IMG/VR virus record: IMGVR_UViG_3300024999_000049
Location: 1 to 64,000 of that record
DNA from: a virus
DNA length: 64,000 nt
Reading direction: 5' to 3' (one strand)
Part shown: positions 1 through 9,981 of the stretch, in pieces
How the letters are laid out: every line of letters begins with the position of its first letter
How positions within the stretch are numbered: position 1 is the stretch's first letter
Translations under genes and position numbers: made by a program
Notes under the pieces: generated by a model
Told to the model about the DNA's origin: nothing
The model's database searches: none
What the model saw: only the letters and a program-made list of their open reading frames with translations

Positions 1-373
1 CGTTAGCTTTTTGTTCTTCTCTTTTTCTACCTTTAACTCCACATGTGCTTTTCCACTCAGAGGATTTTACCATTATATATACCATTTCTTTTTCAAAAAA
101 ATTGTTCTCAACTACTCCTAGCAGTTTAGCTAAGAAGGTATAAGCATTAAGCATACCTTGGTATTGGATGTTCTCGATGGCAAATACTTCGGCTTTGGTA
201 GTTATGATTAATTCATTCATTCTGGTTTTGATTTTTGAGATTCTTCCTTCAGGTGTTCTAACTTTTGTAAAATCTTCAATTCCATAGTCTATAAGTTTTT
301 TAGATTCAGTGTCAAATAAAGACCAGCCAAGTTTTCCTGCCTGGTCGAAACTGAGTAGGTAAATAATAATCAC
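1..373 (-). CDS. RuvC-like Holliday junction resolvase (runs off the left edge)
   Basis: Manual translation IYLLSFDQAGKLGWS...FAIENIQY...SEWKSTCGVKGRKREEQK shows RuvC/RNase H-fold acidic motifs; start is GTG at 373 or ATT at 364 after AAAGGGTG. Confidence 0.75.
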   Translation of the reverse strand, partial: MIIIYLLSFDQAGKLGWSLFDTESKKLIDYGIEDFTKVRTPEGRISKIKTRMNELIITTKAEVFAIENIQYQGMLNAYTFLAKLLGVVENNFFEKEMVYIMVKSSEWKSTCGVKGRKREEQKAN

Positions 374-391
374 CCTTTACTATTAAATTTT

Positions 392-3300
392 TTAATTGTT
401 TATGCTTTGAATTTTAGTCCAGCTAAACATGATTTTTTCTGTGCCTTCACCTGGCAACCATTTATCTTCTTCACATGTTGGATTTGGATTCTTTTTACTT
501 CTTTGTCTGTCTATTGTTTTACCAATACAAATAATATCAAAAGGCTTTAATAATTGTTTTCTTTCTGGATTATCTGTTGTGGGTTGTGAATAATAAACAT
601 TCATATACACTTTTATCTCTTCGATTTCTCCAGTTAACAAATGATAACATTTGATTTTAGGAGTATAGGTTAAATCCTCTTCAAATATGAAAACACAATT
701 TTCGTCACATTTATAGGTCGATTGGCAATAACCAAAATATTCAAATTCATATTTCAGCTTTTCAGCAATAGATATTTTGGTGTCCTCAATAGAGTTATAC
801 ACATCATTAATCATTCCTATAATGTTTAAATCCTTAAACTGTTTTGCAGTTTCTTTACAACCATTCTTTCTAATAATCTCTTCGGTCAATCCTAGTTGTT
901 CAATCTGATCTTTCTTGATTTGCTTTCTTCCATACAGGTTATTGAAGATTTCAACACTTTTAAGAAGCTTATTAATGTTTCCAAATTCTTTGAAGAAATC
1001 AAGTTTAATCAATATTTCAAGCTGACCTCGATTTACAGAAGCTTCGTTTTCAATATCACAAAGTAAATCGATAAAACTCTTATACTCTTTATCCTTTAGT
1101 TTATATAGCTGTTCAGCTATATTATTTCTTTCTCCAAATCCTTTTACCGATGACAAACCTTTGTAAATACTATTAGTACTTTTATCAAGACAATAATTAT
1201 TATGAGATTTTCTAAACTTTATAGGTTGTATTTTTATTCCTTTTTCTTTAGCTAAACTAATTCCATTTTGAACATCTATATCATTTTCAGCTCTATTAAG
1301 ATATGCAGTAATAAATTCTAAAGGATAATATGTCTTTAGTCTAGTGCTACCATAACCTATCATACTATAACCAGTTGAATGATTATATCCAAACTGATAT
1401 TCAGAAGAGTCATCTATAATTTGAAGAAATTGTTTAGCCTCTTGTTCTGCAATTTCTCTTGGTTTATCAGATTTACTACAATATCCTTCAAGTATTTTAG
1501 GTAATTGCTGATTTAATAATTCAATATCTTTTTTACCTATAGCTCTTCTAGTAGTATCTGCAAGTGAGCCACTAAAACCACAAATATCAGTGAGAAACTT
1601 AATTGTGTCCTCTTGATAAACTAAATATCCATAATTTTCCTTTAATAATTCATCAATAGCTTGAGATGGGTTTTGATTAAACTCTTTAGCAATTAACCTA
1701 TCTCTATATGATTTACCAGATGGCCTTAATGCGCTATTAACTAATGACATGTCATTTATATAGCGAGGCTGAAAGCGTTGTAGTAAGTCAAATGCGTAGT
1801 CCCCCTCGAACTGGAATACGCCAACTTTTGATTTAATCATATCATCCCATACTGCATCGTCATTCCAATCAATTTCATGTGCTTTTAAATAATGAGAGCT
1901 AATATAGTTATAAACATCTTTCATTACTCCAACGGTTTTTAATCCTAGTATATCAAATTTAACAAAATTAACTGAGTCTACTGCTTTCATGGCACATTGA
2001 GCTACAGGCATATCTTCATTACCATCTTTGTAGAATACACCTAAGTTATCCGGTAATGTTATTGGAGATCCAATTATACCTGCTGGATGATTCCCCTTAG
2101 ATACTATAGTACCTTTAATGCCATCGAAATAATAGAATATATCTTTGTTATCAGATTTGAGTTTTAAAAATCTTTCTTTGAGAATATCTACCTTATCGAC
2201 AGCCAAAGTATTTCTGATTCTATTTTTATAAATATCATGGTAATCAAAATCTATACCGCTTGCATCGCCTTCAAGCTCTTCAAGGTTGACTTCTTCTTGA
2301 ATTATTTTACTATACTCAGCGAATATTTCTTCAAATTCATTTTTAATATTCATAACTATATCTAAATCTTTGTATTCTAAGCCTCTAGCAAGAGTCTCAA
2401 TCGTTCCTCTATCTTTAAGTGTTCCAAACTGTGCAATATAAGCTGTTTTTTGTGGAGTAAATCTTTTTATAATATATTCATATACTTTTTGTCTATCTTC
2501 AGGAGCGAAGTCTATATCAATATCTGCAAGGCTAATTCTATCGGCATTACAAAAACGTGAGAATACTGTATTCCACTTTACAGGATCTACATCTGTAATA
2601 TCGGTAATATAAGCAATTACACTTCCACCCACAGATCCTCTACAAAAACCATAGGGTATACCATTCTCATTACAATAGTCAACTAATTCAGACATAAATA
2701 GCATAAAACTATCCATACCCTGTTTTGACATTGCCTCAAATTCTTCATGAATTCGTTTTATATAAATACCAGTACTATCATCAATAATACCATTATCTTT
2801 TTTATACTTATATTTTTTATTGATTGCTTGCTGCCATTGCTTTAGTGAATTATCACCATATAAATTAGGATATTTAAAGGTTTTATCAAGTTTAAAATCT
2901 TCTACCATATCAGCAAGCTTATTAGTATTATTGATTGCTTCTAAATACACTTCTTCGGGCAAAGCATTTTGTTCTTTGAATTTTAAAACTAATTCATCAT
3001 ATGTCTTCCAGATCATATCGAATTCGTCTTCTTGACCATAATAGCTCTTTTTGGACTTCTGAAGAATCTTTCTGCATTCAGCTTTATATGCATTTGATGA
3101 GTGTGTATCGGTACCGGCTATCAACGGAATATTATATTGTTTACTCCATGCATAAAGCATTTTGTTATATTCAATTTGATCACTACATCCATGATATTGA
3201 ACTTCTAAAAAACATCTATGACTATTCTTAGACATCCATTTTAGAAATCTTTCAACATAAATATATTCATCGACATTATTTCTTTTATGCCACAATAATG

Positions 3301-3742
3301 AATTAAGACATGCGGTTGTAACTATAATATTATCGGATGTACTTAGTAATTCATCAAATGATATCCTTGGATTATAATACATATGTCTATCAGTATTATC
3401 AGACAATTTACCTTTTGAAGTAGACTTTGAAATTAAAGAATTTAATTCAAGTACACCTGTAAAATTCTTAGCATATAATCCTATATGATTTCCACGTTCA
3501 TCATTTTCAAGTTTAGTACAGACATATAGTTCTATACCATGAATATATTTAATACTTGCCTTATCACAATCTTGTTTCTTTTTAATCCAATCATATATTC
3601 CTCCATGATTTGAAAAAGCGATTGCTTTCATGTTTTGTTTTTTAGCAAGTTTAATATATTCTTTATATGAAGTACACGAATCAGCATAACCATTACAATT
3701 ACTAGTATCATCATGTAAATGATGCACTATATAATTTTTCAT
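392..3742 (-). CDS. dnaE: DNA polymerase III alpha subunit (phage DnaE)
   Basis: PHP domain (HLH, SNHG, GIELY, TDTH), RGSVGGS, DIDIDF, KFDILGL, GVFQFE, GYNHS; ATG at 3742 preceded by GGAGG. Confidence 0.96.
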   Translation of the reverse strand: MKNYIVHHLHDDTSNCNGYADSCTSYKEYIKLAKKQNMKAIAFSNHGGIYDWIKKKQDCDKASIKYIHGIELYVCTKLENDERGNHIGLYAKNFTGVLELNSLISKSTSKGKLSDNTDRHMYYNPRISFDELLSTSDNIIVTTACLNSLLWHKRNNVDEYIYVERFLKWMSKNSHRCFLEVQYHGCSDQIEYNKMLYAWSKQYNIPLIAGTDTHSSNAYKAECRKILQKSKKSYYGQEDEFDMIWKTYDELVLKFKEQNALPEEVYLEAINNTNKLADMVEDFKLDKTFKYPNLYGDNSLKQWQQAINKKYKYKKDNGIIDDSTGIYIKRIHEEFEAMSKQGMDSFMLFMSELVDYCNENGIPYGFCRGSVGGSVIAYITDITDVDPVKWNTVFSRFCNADRISLADIDIDFAPEDRQKVYEYIIKRFTPQKTAYIAQFGTLKDRGTIETLARGLEYKDLDIVMNIKNEFEEIFAEYSKIIQEEVNLEELEGDASGIDFDYHDIYKNRIRNTLAVDKVDILKERFLKLKSDNKDIFYYFDGIKGTIVSKGNHPAGIIGSPITLPDNLGVFYKDGNEDMPVAQCAMKAVDSVNFVKFDILGLKTVGVMKDVYNYISSHYLKAHEIDWNDDAVWDDMIKSKVGVFQFEGDYAFDLLQRFQPRYINDMSLVNSALRPSGKSYRDRLIAKEFNQNPSQAIDELLKENYGYLVYQEDTIKFLTDICGFSGSLADTTRRAIGKKDIELLNQQLPKILEGYCSKSDKPREIAEQEAKQFLQIIDDSSEYQFGYNHSTGYSMIGYGSTRLKTYYPLEFITAYLNRAENDIDVQNGISLAKEKGIKIQPIKFRKSHNNYCLDKSTNSIYKGLSSVKGFGERNNIAEQLYKLKDKEYKSFIDLLCDIENEASVNRGQLEILIKLDFFKEFGNINKLLKSVEIFNNLYGRKQIKKDQIEQLGLTEEIIRKNGCKETAKQFKDLNIIGMINDVYNSIEDTKISIAEKLKYEFEYFGYCQSTYKCDENCVFIFEEDLTYTPKIKCYHLLTGEIEEIKVYMNVYYSQPTTDNPERKQLLKPFDIICIGKTIDRQRSKKNPNPTCEEDKWLPGEGTEKIMFSWTKIQSINN

Positions 3743-4871
3743 TTTTACCTCCATGATACATATGGATGATTTCCTCGGCGCAATACTTATTATTGTATTT
3801 GTCCCAAACAAAGTTATATGGCATATTAAACTTTGATGCAAAATCTGTCAATAAATACATTTCATTTTTATAAGATATCATCAATCTAACTTGCTCATCA
3901 CAAATATTATTATTTTCAATAATTTTGTACTTTATTATATCTAAATTATTAGGAATATTTTTTAGTATTATTTCATCTAGTTTTCTAGATGAGTCTGAGG
4001 TAGTATTTATATACCGTTTATCGTGATTTGATTGACGAGCATTTAAACCAAATTTATCTTTTAAAACTGCTAAAGTAAATTCAATATCCTCTTGAGAGTA
4101 TTCGGCCAAACATATATTCCAATATGATTTACCTCTAAATCCATCATCCAATACAAGTATGCTTAAAGAAAACTCGTTTAATTCATTTATTAATTCTCTT
4201 TTTGACATACTTCTATATACTTTAAATTCGTCATAAATTCTAGTGCAAATTCTATATGCTGATTGTACAGCATATTCCTTATCCCCAAATTTTTTAGTTG
4301 AAGAATTTATAAAAGAAGGTTCTTTATTGCATAAACTTTGTAATATATCATATTTATAAAACAAATAATCCTTTTGATTGTTTGCATGTGATACTATAAA
4401 AACTGGTTGTGTTTCACGTTTATCTATATGACCATCACCAAGTAAAGATCCTATTAATAGGTCGTGTTGTTGTTTGGTAAACTTAGTAGTTTTTTGTCTA
4501 TATTCCGGTGTTATTCTATGTATTTCTGTTATCCATTTTTTAATTACCCTTTTCGAAGCATTAGCTTCTTTTGCCATCTCATCATGATTTAAACCCTCAA
4601 CCATAAATTTTTCATAACACCAATCATAATTTTGATACAATGCTTTATATTCTGGAGAATGTTTATTAAGTTGTGGATTATAACTCATAGTCAAATTATT
4701 GTTATCAATTATTCTTCTTATTGTATCAAGATTCATATCCATATACTTTGTAAGTGGCAACAATCCAGAAAAATTACTGGCATTGTTCTGAAGCCAGTTT
4801 AAAAATTCTTCGCCATATTCCCATTGATTTAAATGATTTTTATAAATCATACACTTTAATTCTTCCCTCAA
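3711..4871 (-). CDS. free-standing LAGLIDADG homing endonuclease
   Basis: Two motifs LLIGSLLGDG and LSILVLDDG; TTG start after GAGGTG; overlaps the dnaE start. Confidence 0.85.
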   Translation of the reverse strand: MREELKCMIYKNHLNQWEYGEEFLNWLQNNASNFSGLLPLTKYMDMNLDTIRRIIDNNNLTMSYNPQLNKHSPEYKALYQNYDWCYEKFMVEGLNHDEMAKEANASKRVIKKWITEIHRITPEYRQKTTKFTKQQHDLLIGSLLGDGHIDKRETQPVFIVSHANNQKDYLFYKYDILQSLCNKEPSFINSSTKKFGDKEYAVQSAYRICTRIYDEFKVYRSMSKRELINELNEFSLSILVLDDGFRGKSYWNICLAEYSQEDIEFTLAVLKDKFGLNARQSNHDKRYINTTSDSSRKLDEIILKNIPNNLDIIKYKIIENNNICDEQVRLMISYKNEMYLLTDFASKFNMPYNFVWDKYNNKYCAEEIIHMYHGGKNEKLYSASFT

Positions 4872-4925
4872 TTAATCACCTCTCTATGTCAAAGGCAGGA
4901 TTGACCTGCCACTATTTAATTTGAT

Positions 4926-5243
4926 CTAATTAAATATATCCATCTGAAATCTCTTCGCCATTGCAGCAACTTGAATAGCTTCTTTTATAGCTAATAAAGC
5001 ATAACTATAAAGATATTCAACTGAATATTCCATTGATGGAGTGTCTACATTTTTATTGTTGGCTTTTACCTGAACCCATATTTTATTTATATATGACTTT
5101 ATACAATCTATATCATCATATAACTCATCAATCTCTTCGAGAATTACTGCATATCCCTCATGCGTTGATTTAAGTGGTTTAAATTTTTCAGTTGCTTTTC
5201 TCAGTTCTTCATTAACTAAATCTTTAATAATATTTGAATTCAT
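4926..5243 (-). CDS. MazG-like NTP pyrophosphohydrolase-fold protein
   Basis: HEGYAVILEEIDEL...KEAIQVAAMA pattern. Confidence 0.55.
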   Translation of the reverse strand: MNSNIIKDLVNEELRKATEKFKPLKSTHEGYAVILEEIDELYDDIDCIKSYINKIWVQVKANNKNVDTPSMEYSVEYLYSYALLAIKEAIQVAAMAKRFQMDIFN

Positions 5244-5274
5244 TTTAACCTCACTTTCTGATAAAACTTTAATT

Positions 5275-5562
5275 CTATTTGGTTTTTCGCCTTGGTATTT
5301 TTAATTCATAATCTGTAAATAGATATTTTTTAATATCTGTAACTCTAGTTACAGCAACAAATTCACAAACGGTTTCAGAAATATATAACAGTTCTTCTTC
5401 TGATATTGGATATTTAGATATTAAATCATTAAACATTTTACCTGTATCTAAATTCCATTGTTTTCTGAAGTCAGTCTCATCTAAAGTTTTTATAGCAATT
5501 TCTAATTGTTTTAACAATAATTGAATTTGAAGATCTAAAAACTCTTTAATTTTTTTAAACAT
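5275..5562 (-). CDS. hypothetical protein, paralog of 11613..11900
   Basis: Identical N-terminus MFKKIKEFLDLQIQLLLKQLEIAIK; GGAGG RBS. Confidence 0.85.
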   Translation of the reverse strand: MFKKIKEFLDLQIQLLLKQLEIAIKTLDETDFRKQWNLDTGKMFNDLISKYPISEEELLYISETVCEFVAVTRVTDIKKYLFTDYELKIPRRKTK

Positions 5563-5594
5563 ATTACCTCCAATTAATACATAAAATCTTACTT

Positions 5595-5759
5595 TTATTC
5601 ATATTTCCAGTTCTTGAATAAAACATAATTATTGGCTTCATTACACTCATCTTTTAGATCTGTTGAGTTTTTATAGTCATCGTGAGATTTCGTGCAATAT
5701 TTTTTACACCAATACTTATGTTTACATTCAAAATTGGAACAGAGTTCAATTCTTGCCAT
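5595..5759 (-). CDS. small Cys-containing hypothetical protein (54 aa, not in the ORF track)
   Basis: MARIELCSNFECKHKYWCKKYC...; ATG overlaps the upstream stop; its stop lies in the 5581 site. Confidence 0.6.
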   Translation of the reverse strand: MARIELCSNFECKHKYWCKKYCTKSHDDYKNSTDLKDECNEANNYVLFKNWKYE

Positions 5760-6184
5760 TATATATTTGAAACGTAAAACTTTAAGATATGGTCAATAGC
5801 TTCTTCTAGGGAGTTGCAAAACTTTGTTACTGATAGCTTCATCCAGGGGTGAACCTCATCATGATATCCATAAGCTATTACAGGTTTATTCCAGAAGCGA
5901 GAAGCTAACTCAAGTTCTATAGCTGTACCTATACTGCTTGAAAATCCAAGATTAACTAGAACGACATCACAATTTTTAATTAGCCATAAATCAAATTCTT
6001 TGCACTCATGATCTGAAAATGACGCAGGATCTATTTCAAAATTGTAATAATTGCATGGATTTTCTAGATGAATATTATTATTTTTTTTGTTAAAAAGGTT
6101 TGTAGCTTCTTCTCTCCATCCATTCATCTGTTCCCAAGTTAACCCCGACATTTTTCCAGCAAGATAGCATTTAACTTTATTCAT
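5759..6184 (-). CDS. nucleoside 2-deoxyribosyltransferase / dNMP N-glycosidase family protein
   Basis: YLAGKM, DLWLIKNCDVVLV, SIGTAIELE, KPVI motifs. Confidence 0.85.
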   Translation of the reverse strand: MNKVKCYLAGKMSGLTWEQMNGWREEATNLFNKKNNNIHLENPCNYYNFEIDPASFSDHECKEFDLWLIKNCDVVLVNLGFSSSIGTAIELELASRFWNKPVIAYGYHDEVHPWMKLSVTKFCNSLEEAIDHILKFYVSNI

Positions 6185-6672
6185 TAATTACCTCCTTGTA
6201 CTGTTTCTGCAAATGGCAAATCGATAAGCTCTTGCTTATTTTTCTGTGTCCACAAAGCACCAAGCATATTCCATATAAACGCCCTATCATGAGGTTCATC
6301 ATTATCACCTCTTTTAAACTTTAGATAATGCCGTACTCCACTATCAATAAAACAATGAAGATCTATGCCCTTTTGCCAATTTCTGGGTGAATATTTTTTT
6401 GCACCTTCTTCATATTGAATTGAAGCTTCTAATGATGCCGTATAAACATCAGGAATTTTTCCTGAATATTCTTGACAAAAACTCTTTATTGCACTCCAAA
6501 GAGCTTTCGCATCGCCTGTCCATATATATTCATCTATATTAAGCAAAACTTCTGATTCTAAAAAATGACCTAATATATCTAAAGGAAGTAGGTCACAGCG
6601 ACCCTTTCCTTCTGCTATATCTCTTACCGCACCGCTAGTAAATTCTCTACGTGCTCCTGAATCTTTTATCAT
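6184..6672 (-). CDS. DUF5664 (dATP/dGTP diphosphohydrolase N-terminal) domain protein
   Basis: DSGARREFTSGAVRD, GKGRCDLLP, GAKKYSPRNWQKG, RH...D.EPH. Confidence 0.8.
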   Translation of the reverse strand: MIKDSGARREFTSGAVRDIAEGKGRCDLLPLDILGHFLESEVLLNIDEYIWTGDAKALWSAIKSFCQEYSGKIPDVYTASLEASIQYEEGAKKYSPRNWQKGIDLHCFIDSGVRHYLKFKRGDNDEPHDRAFIWNMLGALWTQKNKQELIDLPFAETVQGGN

Positions 6673-6692
6673 GTATCTTACTCCTTAATATT

Positions 6693-7346
6693 TTAATTGT
6701 TAATTGTTATAAATTCTGCATTAGGCAATCCCTCAATTATCTTACAAAAATCTCTATATTCTCTTTGCTTATGATTTTTTCTTGCAGGATAAATATTCCT
6801 CAAGTTTTCGTAGCTACCTGTCCATGTAGACAGAAAATTATAACTATCTGGAAGATCCAATATAATATCTCTCCACAATTTCATAGCTGTTTTGATATTT
6901 GTTTTTCTTAATTCTTGAAACTGTTCTATCCGGCTATTTAAATCATCTAGTGTATACTTTCTTAATGGCGTAATATTCACTACACCGTCTTCGTCGTCCC
7001 AACTAAAATCATCTGGAGTCAATAGCCTAGTTCCGAGTTTGTGCATTCTAGAAGTGCTGTTCCTTACTGTCGAAACTTTATAAGTGTCATGATCCCACCA
7101 CCAAGTCATAGGAGCTGTAATATCCATAGATATAAATATTTGCCTAAGAAATTTTCGATGGTCAGAGCCAGCTTTTATAAGTTTTAAAGCTAATTCTTTA
7201 TCTTTAGGGCCTATTACATATTCAATAATATTTAGACTTTGTAAATCCCATTTACTATCTGATTGGCTCCAACTCTCTAAAGGGTTACGCATCCCACGAA
7301 TAGCACCTTCAAGATTAAATACTTCTATATTATCTACCTTAATCAT
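6693..7346 (-). CDS. ThyX-like (flavin-dependent thymidylate synthase fold) protein, divergent
   Basis: SDHRKFLRQI, ITAP.TWW.D.DTYKV, STSRMH, LP.SY, YENLRNIY..RKNHK; the canonical RHR motif is absent. Confidence 0.6.
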   Translation of the reverse strand: MIKVDNIEVFNLEGAIRGMRNPLESWSQSDSKWDLQSLNIIEYVIGPKDKELALKLIKAGSDHRKFLRQIFISMDITAPMTWWWDHDTYKVSTVRNSTSRMHKLGTRLLTPDDFSWDDEDGVVNITPLRKYTLDDLNSRIEQFQELRKTNIKTAMKLWRDIILDLPDSYNFLSTWTGSYENLRNIYPARKNHKQREYRDFCKIIEGLPNAEFITINN

Positions 7347-7429
7347 TAATATCCTTTCTGAATAAACATCGGATTTTATCGGATTTAAAAGGACCGATCT
7401 CTCAGTCCCTTCTTCATCCTTACATATAT

Positions 7430-7458
7430 ATTATACTACTAAGTGTTTGAATTGTCAA
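7430..7458 (-). promoter_or_regulatory. sigma-A type promoter with conserved downstream extension
   Basis: TTGACA-17-TATAAT followed by ATATATGTAAGG; the same element occurs at 16162, 31537 and partly at 36254. Confidence 0.8.
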
Positions 7459-7472
7459 TATATATTTAAAAT

Positions 7473-7967
7473 TTATCTGATTCTCAAATGATCTCCCTGA
7501 GATATTTCTGCTCCTGGTATAATCTCTCCAGCTTTTAGAGCCTCTAATAAACCTTTTTTATCAAGAGTATCAGGATGTTGAACCCAAAACCGCTTACAAG
7601 CTTTAAGGCCTTCATTGGCTTCATCAGCCCTAACACTAGGCGGAGATTTTTGGTACTTGAGCTTAAATATACCAGCAGATAATTCCTTAATGCCCATAGT
7701 CCTCAAATTAGTATCAAGATATCCTTTGAGCCTCTCACGCCTATTTTCGAGAGTTTTTCTTTTAGCGGTAAGGTTATCTTCTTCTTTTTTAATTGCAGCT
7801 TCATAGGCTTCGAGTGACCTCATGAATTTAACTATGTTCTCGGCCTTGTTTTCAATATCACCTTCGATACCGGATATAGTATCTTCTAAACATTCTAAAT
7901 CCATTTCAGGATCTTCGACCATTTCCCATAATTCGTTGTATGCTTTGCTTAAATTGTATAATTGCAT
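7473..7967 (-). CDS. siphovirus Gp157 family protein
   Basis: LYNL...DTI.GIEG.IENKAENI...LDKKGLLEALKAGEIIPGAEI...LRIR. Confidence 0.88.
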   Translation of the reverse strand: MQLYNLSKAYNELWEMVEDPEMDLECLEDTISGIEGDIENKAENIVKFMRSLEAYEAAIKKEEDNLTAKRKTLENRRERLKGYLDTNLRTMGIKELSAGIFKLKYQKSPPSVRADEANEGLKACKRFWVQHPDTLDKKGLLEALKAGEIIPGAEISQGDHLRIR

Positions 7968-7995
7968 TATTTTACTCTCCTATTCTATAAAATAT

Positions 7996-8619
7996 TTATT
8001 TTATATCTTTATTCCAATCGGCATCAATTTTTCCAGTAGCTCTATAACTAGCAACCGAATCACAAACCGAGTTATATAAAGACTGTGTTCCAATACTACT
8101 AGCGGAGTAATTTGAAGCCATATTACCTTTTATTCCATAACTCTTAGCTGTAGCAATACTATCTATCCCAGCTCCCAAGAAAAGAAACGTCCAATTGTAT
8201 ACTTTAGTTTGCTGTTCAATCATTTCTTTTATCTGAGCCTGATTGAATTCTTTACTTGAATTTTCTTCTCCGTCAGTAGTTATAACCATTATTACATTTG
8301 AAGGTTTATCATCTTCAGGAGTATTATTAAGCCTAGCTCCGACAGTATTAATAGTTTTACCTATAGCATCTAATAGAGCCGTCCAACCCCTTGTGAAATA
8401 CTGCTTATTGGTAAGAGCCTTTACTTCTTTGAGATTTACTCCATTATGCAGTATTTCATACTGGTCATCAAAGAGTACTGTAGTTAGAAGTACTTCACCA
8501 GATACTTCCTTTTGCTTTTCTATAAAGGTGTTAAAACCTCCTATTGTGTCATTTGTAAGAGGACTCATTGATCCACTCCGATCAAGAATAAATATTACTT
8601 CAGTTAAATTTTCTTTCAT
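7996..8619 (-). CDS. von Willebrand factor A domain protein
   Basis: MIDAS DRSGSM, TALLDAIG, TTDGEENSS, FLFLGA. Confidence 0.9.
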   Translation of the reverse strand: MKENLTEVIFILDRSGSMSPLTNDTIGGFNTFIEKQKEVSGEVLLTTVLFDDQYEILHNGVNLKEVKALTNKQYFTRGWTALLDAIGKTINTVGARLNNTPEDDKPSNVIMVITTDGEENSSKEFNQAQIKEMIEQQTKVYNWTFLFLGAGIDSIATAKSYGIKGNMASNYSASSIGTQSLYNSVCDSVASYRATGKIDADWNKDIK

Positions 8620-8647
8620 TTTATCCTCCATAAAAGTATATACTTAA

Positions 8648-9370
8648 TTAATTTTTTATATATTTTTTGTAATCTTCACTTAACCACTGATGAATTTTTT
8701 CTAGTCTTTCTTGAGAAAATATTGAGTTATTTACATTAAACCATTCTTCCAGAGCAAACTCCCATTTTTGACTATTGCAATTTTTGCAACTTGGCACACA
8801 ATTGTCTAAGTAATTACTCCCTTTATGTATTACGTGTTCTTTGTGAAAATCAGTGAACCTCAATGTATTACGATAAGTAACCAAATGTTTTTCTATTGGT
8901 AGCCCACAATAAGCACATCGATGGTTAAAATACTTTTTACAATTTTCCCATTCTTGAATAGTAATATCATGCAACGCATTATGCAGTTTATTGTAATTAT
9001 AAGCCCTTATTTGATGCGGATGTTCTTCATAATACTTTTTTTGATATTCATATTTCCTTTGTGCATTATCTATTCGCCATTGTCTTAATCTCTCAATTTC
9101 TTGTTCTCTGTTTGCCTTATAAAATTTTGCTGCGCTTTCCCTATTATATGTGGGATCATCAGTAATTTTTTTTCTTGAATATTTTCTTCCGCATTCTCTA
9201 CATCGAGCTGAAAACCCTAATTCTTTTTTGTTTTTATTAATATAATAAAAATTTTCTTCATTTTCTATTTTCCACTCTTTGCATACTGAGCATTGTCTTT
9301 CAATAATATTTTGTTGATTTATTCTATGTTTTAATTCCCAAGTATATAGTTTAAATTTATCTCTTGTCAT
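8648..9370 (-). CDS. HNH endonuclease with N-terminal zinc finger
   Basis: CSVC...CREC, CAYCG, KEHV, NCVPSCKNCNSQK. Confidence 0.88.
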   Translation of the reverse strand: MTRDKFKLYTWELKHRINQQNIIERQCSVCKEWKIENEENFYYINKNKKELGFSARCRECGRKYSRKKITDDPTYNRESAAKFYKANREQEIERLRQWRIDNAQRKYEYQKKYYEEHPHQIRAYNYNKLHNALHDITIQEWENCKKYFNHRCAYCGLPIEKHLVTYRNTLRFTDFHKEHVIHKGSNYLDNCVPSCKNCNSQKWEFALEEWFNVNNSIFSQERLEKIHQWLSEDYKKYIKN

Positions 9371-9385
9371 TACAATCTCCTGTAT

Positions 9386-9634
9386 TTAGCATGATATTTT
9401 ACTTCTTATTGCCTCTGGTAGATTATCAAAATATACAGGAAAATCCCATAAGTCAAATTCATCTTGATCTTTCTCAGTAAGATATATGGAACACATTTTT
9501 GCATTTGGATTTTTTTGACCTACTTTAAACCATTCGTCCCAGAGTATTTCATGGCCTTGACATATCATTTTCCTATCAATGTCATAGAGTACTTCCCAAT
9601 CATCACATACTATTCTAAAAAGCCTTTGATACAT
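9386..9634 (-). CDS. hypothetical protein
   Basis: ORF with AGGAG RBS in a co-oriented run. Confidence 0.65.
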   Translation of the reverse strand: MYQRLFRIVCDDWEVLYDIDRKMICQGHEILWDEWFKVGQKNPNAKMCSIYLTEKDQDEFDLWDFPVYFDNLPEAIRSKISC

Positions 9635-9643
9635 AAAATTCTC

Positions 9644-9925
9644 CTATTCTAAAGATTCTTTTAATATCTCATCAATATTATCTTTCAAATACTGACTTAC
9701 TTTTTGATATCCAGCCGTTGAAGTCTTTTCATCAAATCCTCTAAATTTCACTCTGGTTGCTAATAATTCATCTGTATCTGGATTCCATGCTATAGCCCAA
9801 CCAAATGTATGAAGTATTGAATTTATAAACCAAAGTAATCCTGATTCTCTAAATTCCTGACCGGTTTTTATTTTTACCATATCATTATTATTTTCATTAA
9901 GTAAAACTTCTGCCTCACTATTCAT
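9644..9925 (-). CDS. hypothetical phage protein
   Basis: ORF with AAAGGAG RBS directly after the 9941 site. Confidence 0.7.
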   Translation of the reverse strand: MNSEAEVLLNENNNDMVKIKTGQEFRESGLLWFINSILHTFGWAIAWNPDTDELLATRVKFRGFDEKTSTAGYQKVSQYLKDNIDEILKESLE

Positions 9926-9981
9926 GTTGTCTCCTTTCGAACAAAAAATAAATTTTATTTAATAAACACTGGTATACCCTA

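Noticed and set aside
3743-3841. 33-aa N-terminal extension of DnaE
   Set aside because: It lies inside the LAGLIDADG gene; the RBS and PHP domain start point to ATG 3742.
4926-7346. Z-base or 7-deazaguanine DNA modification pathway
   Set aside because: No PurZ, DpdA, FolE or QueC/D/E homolog is recognisable in this window.
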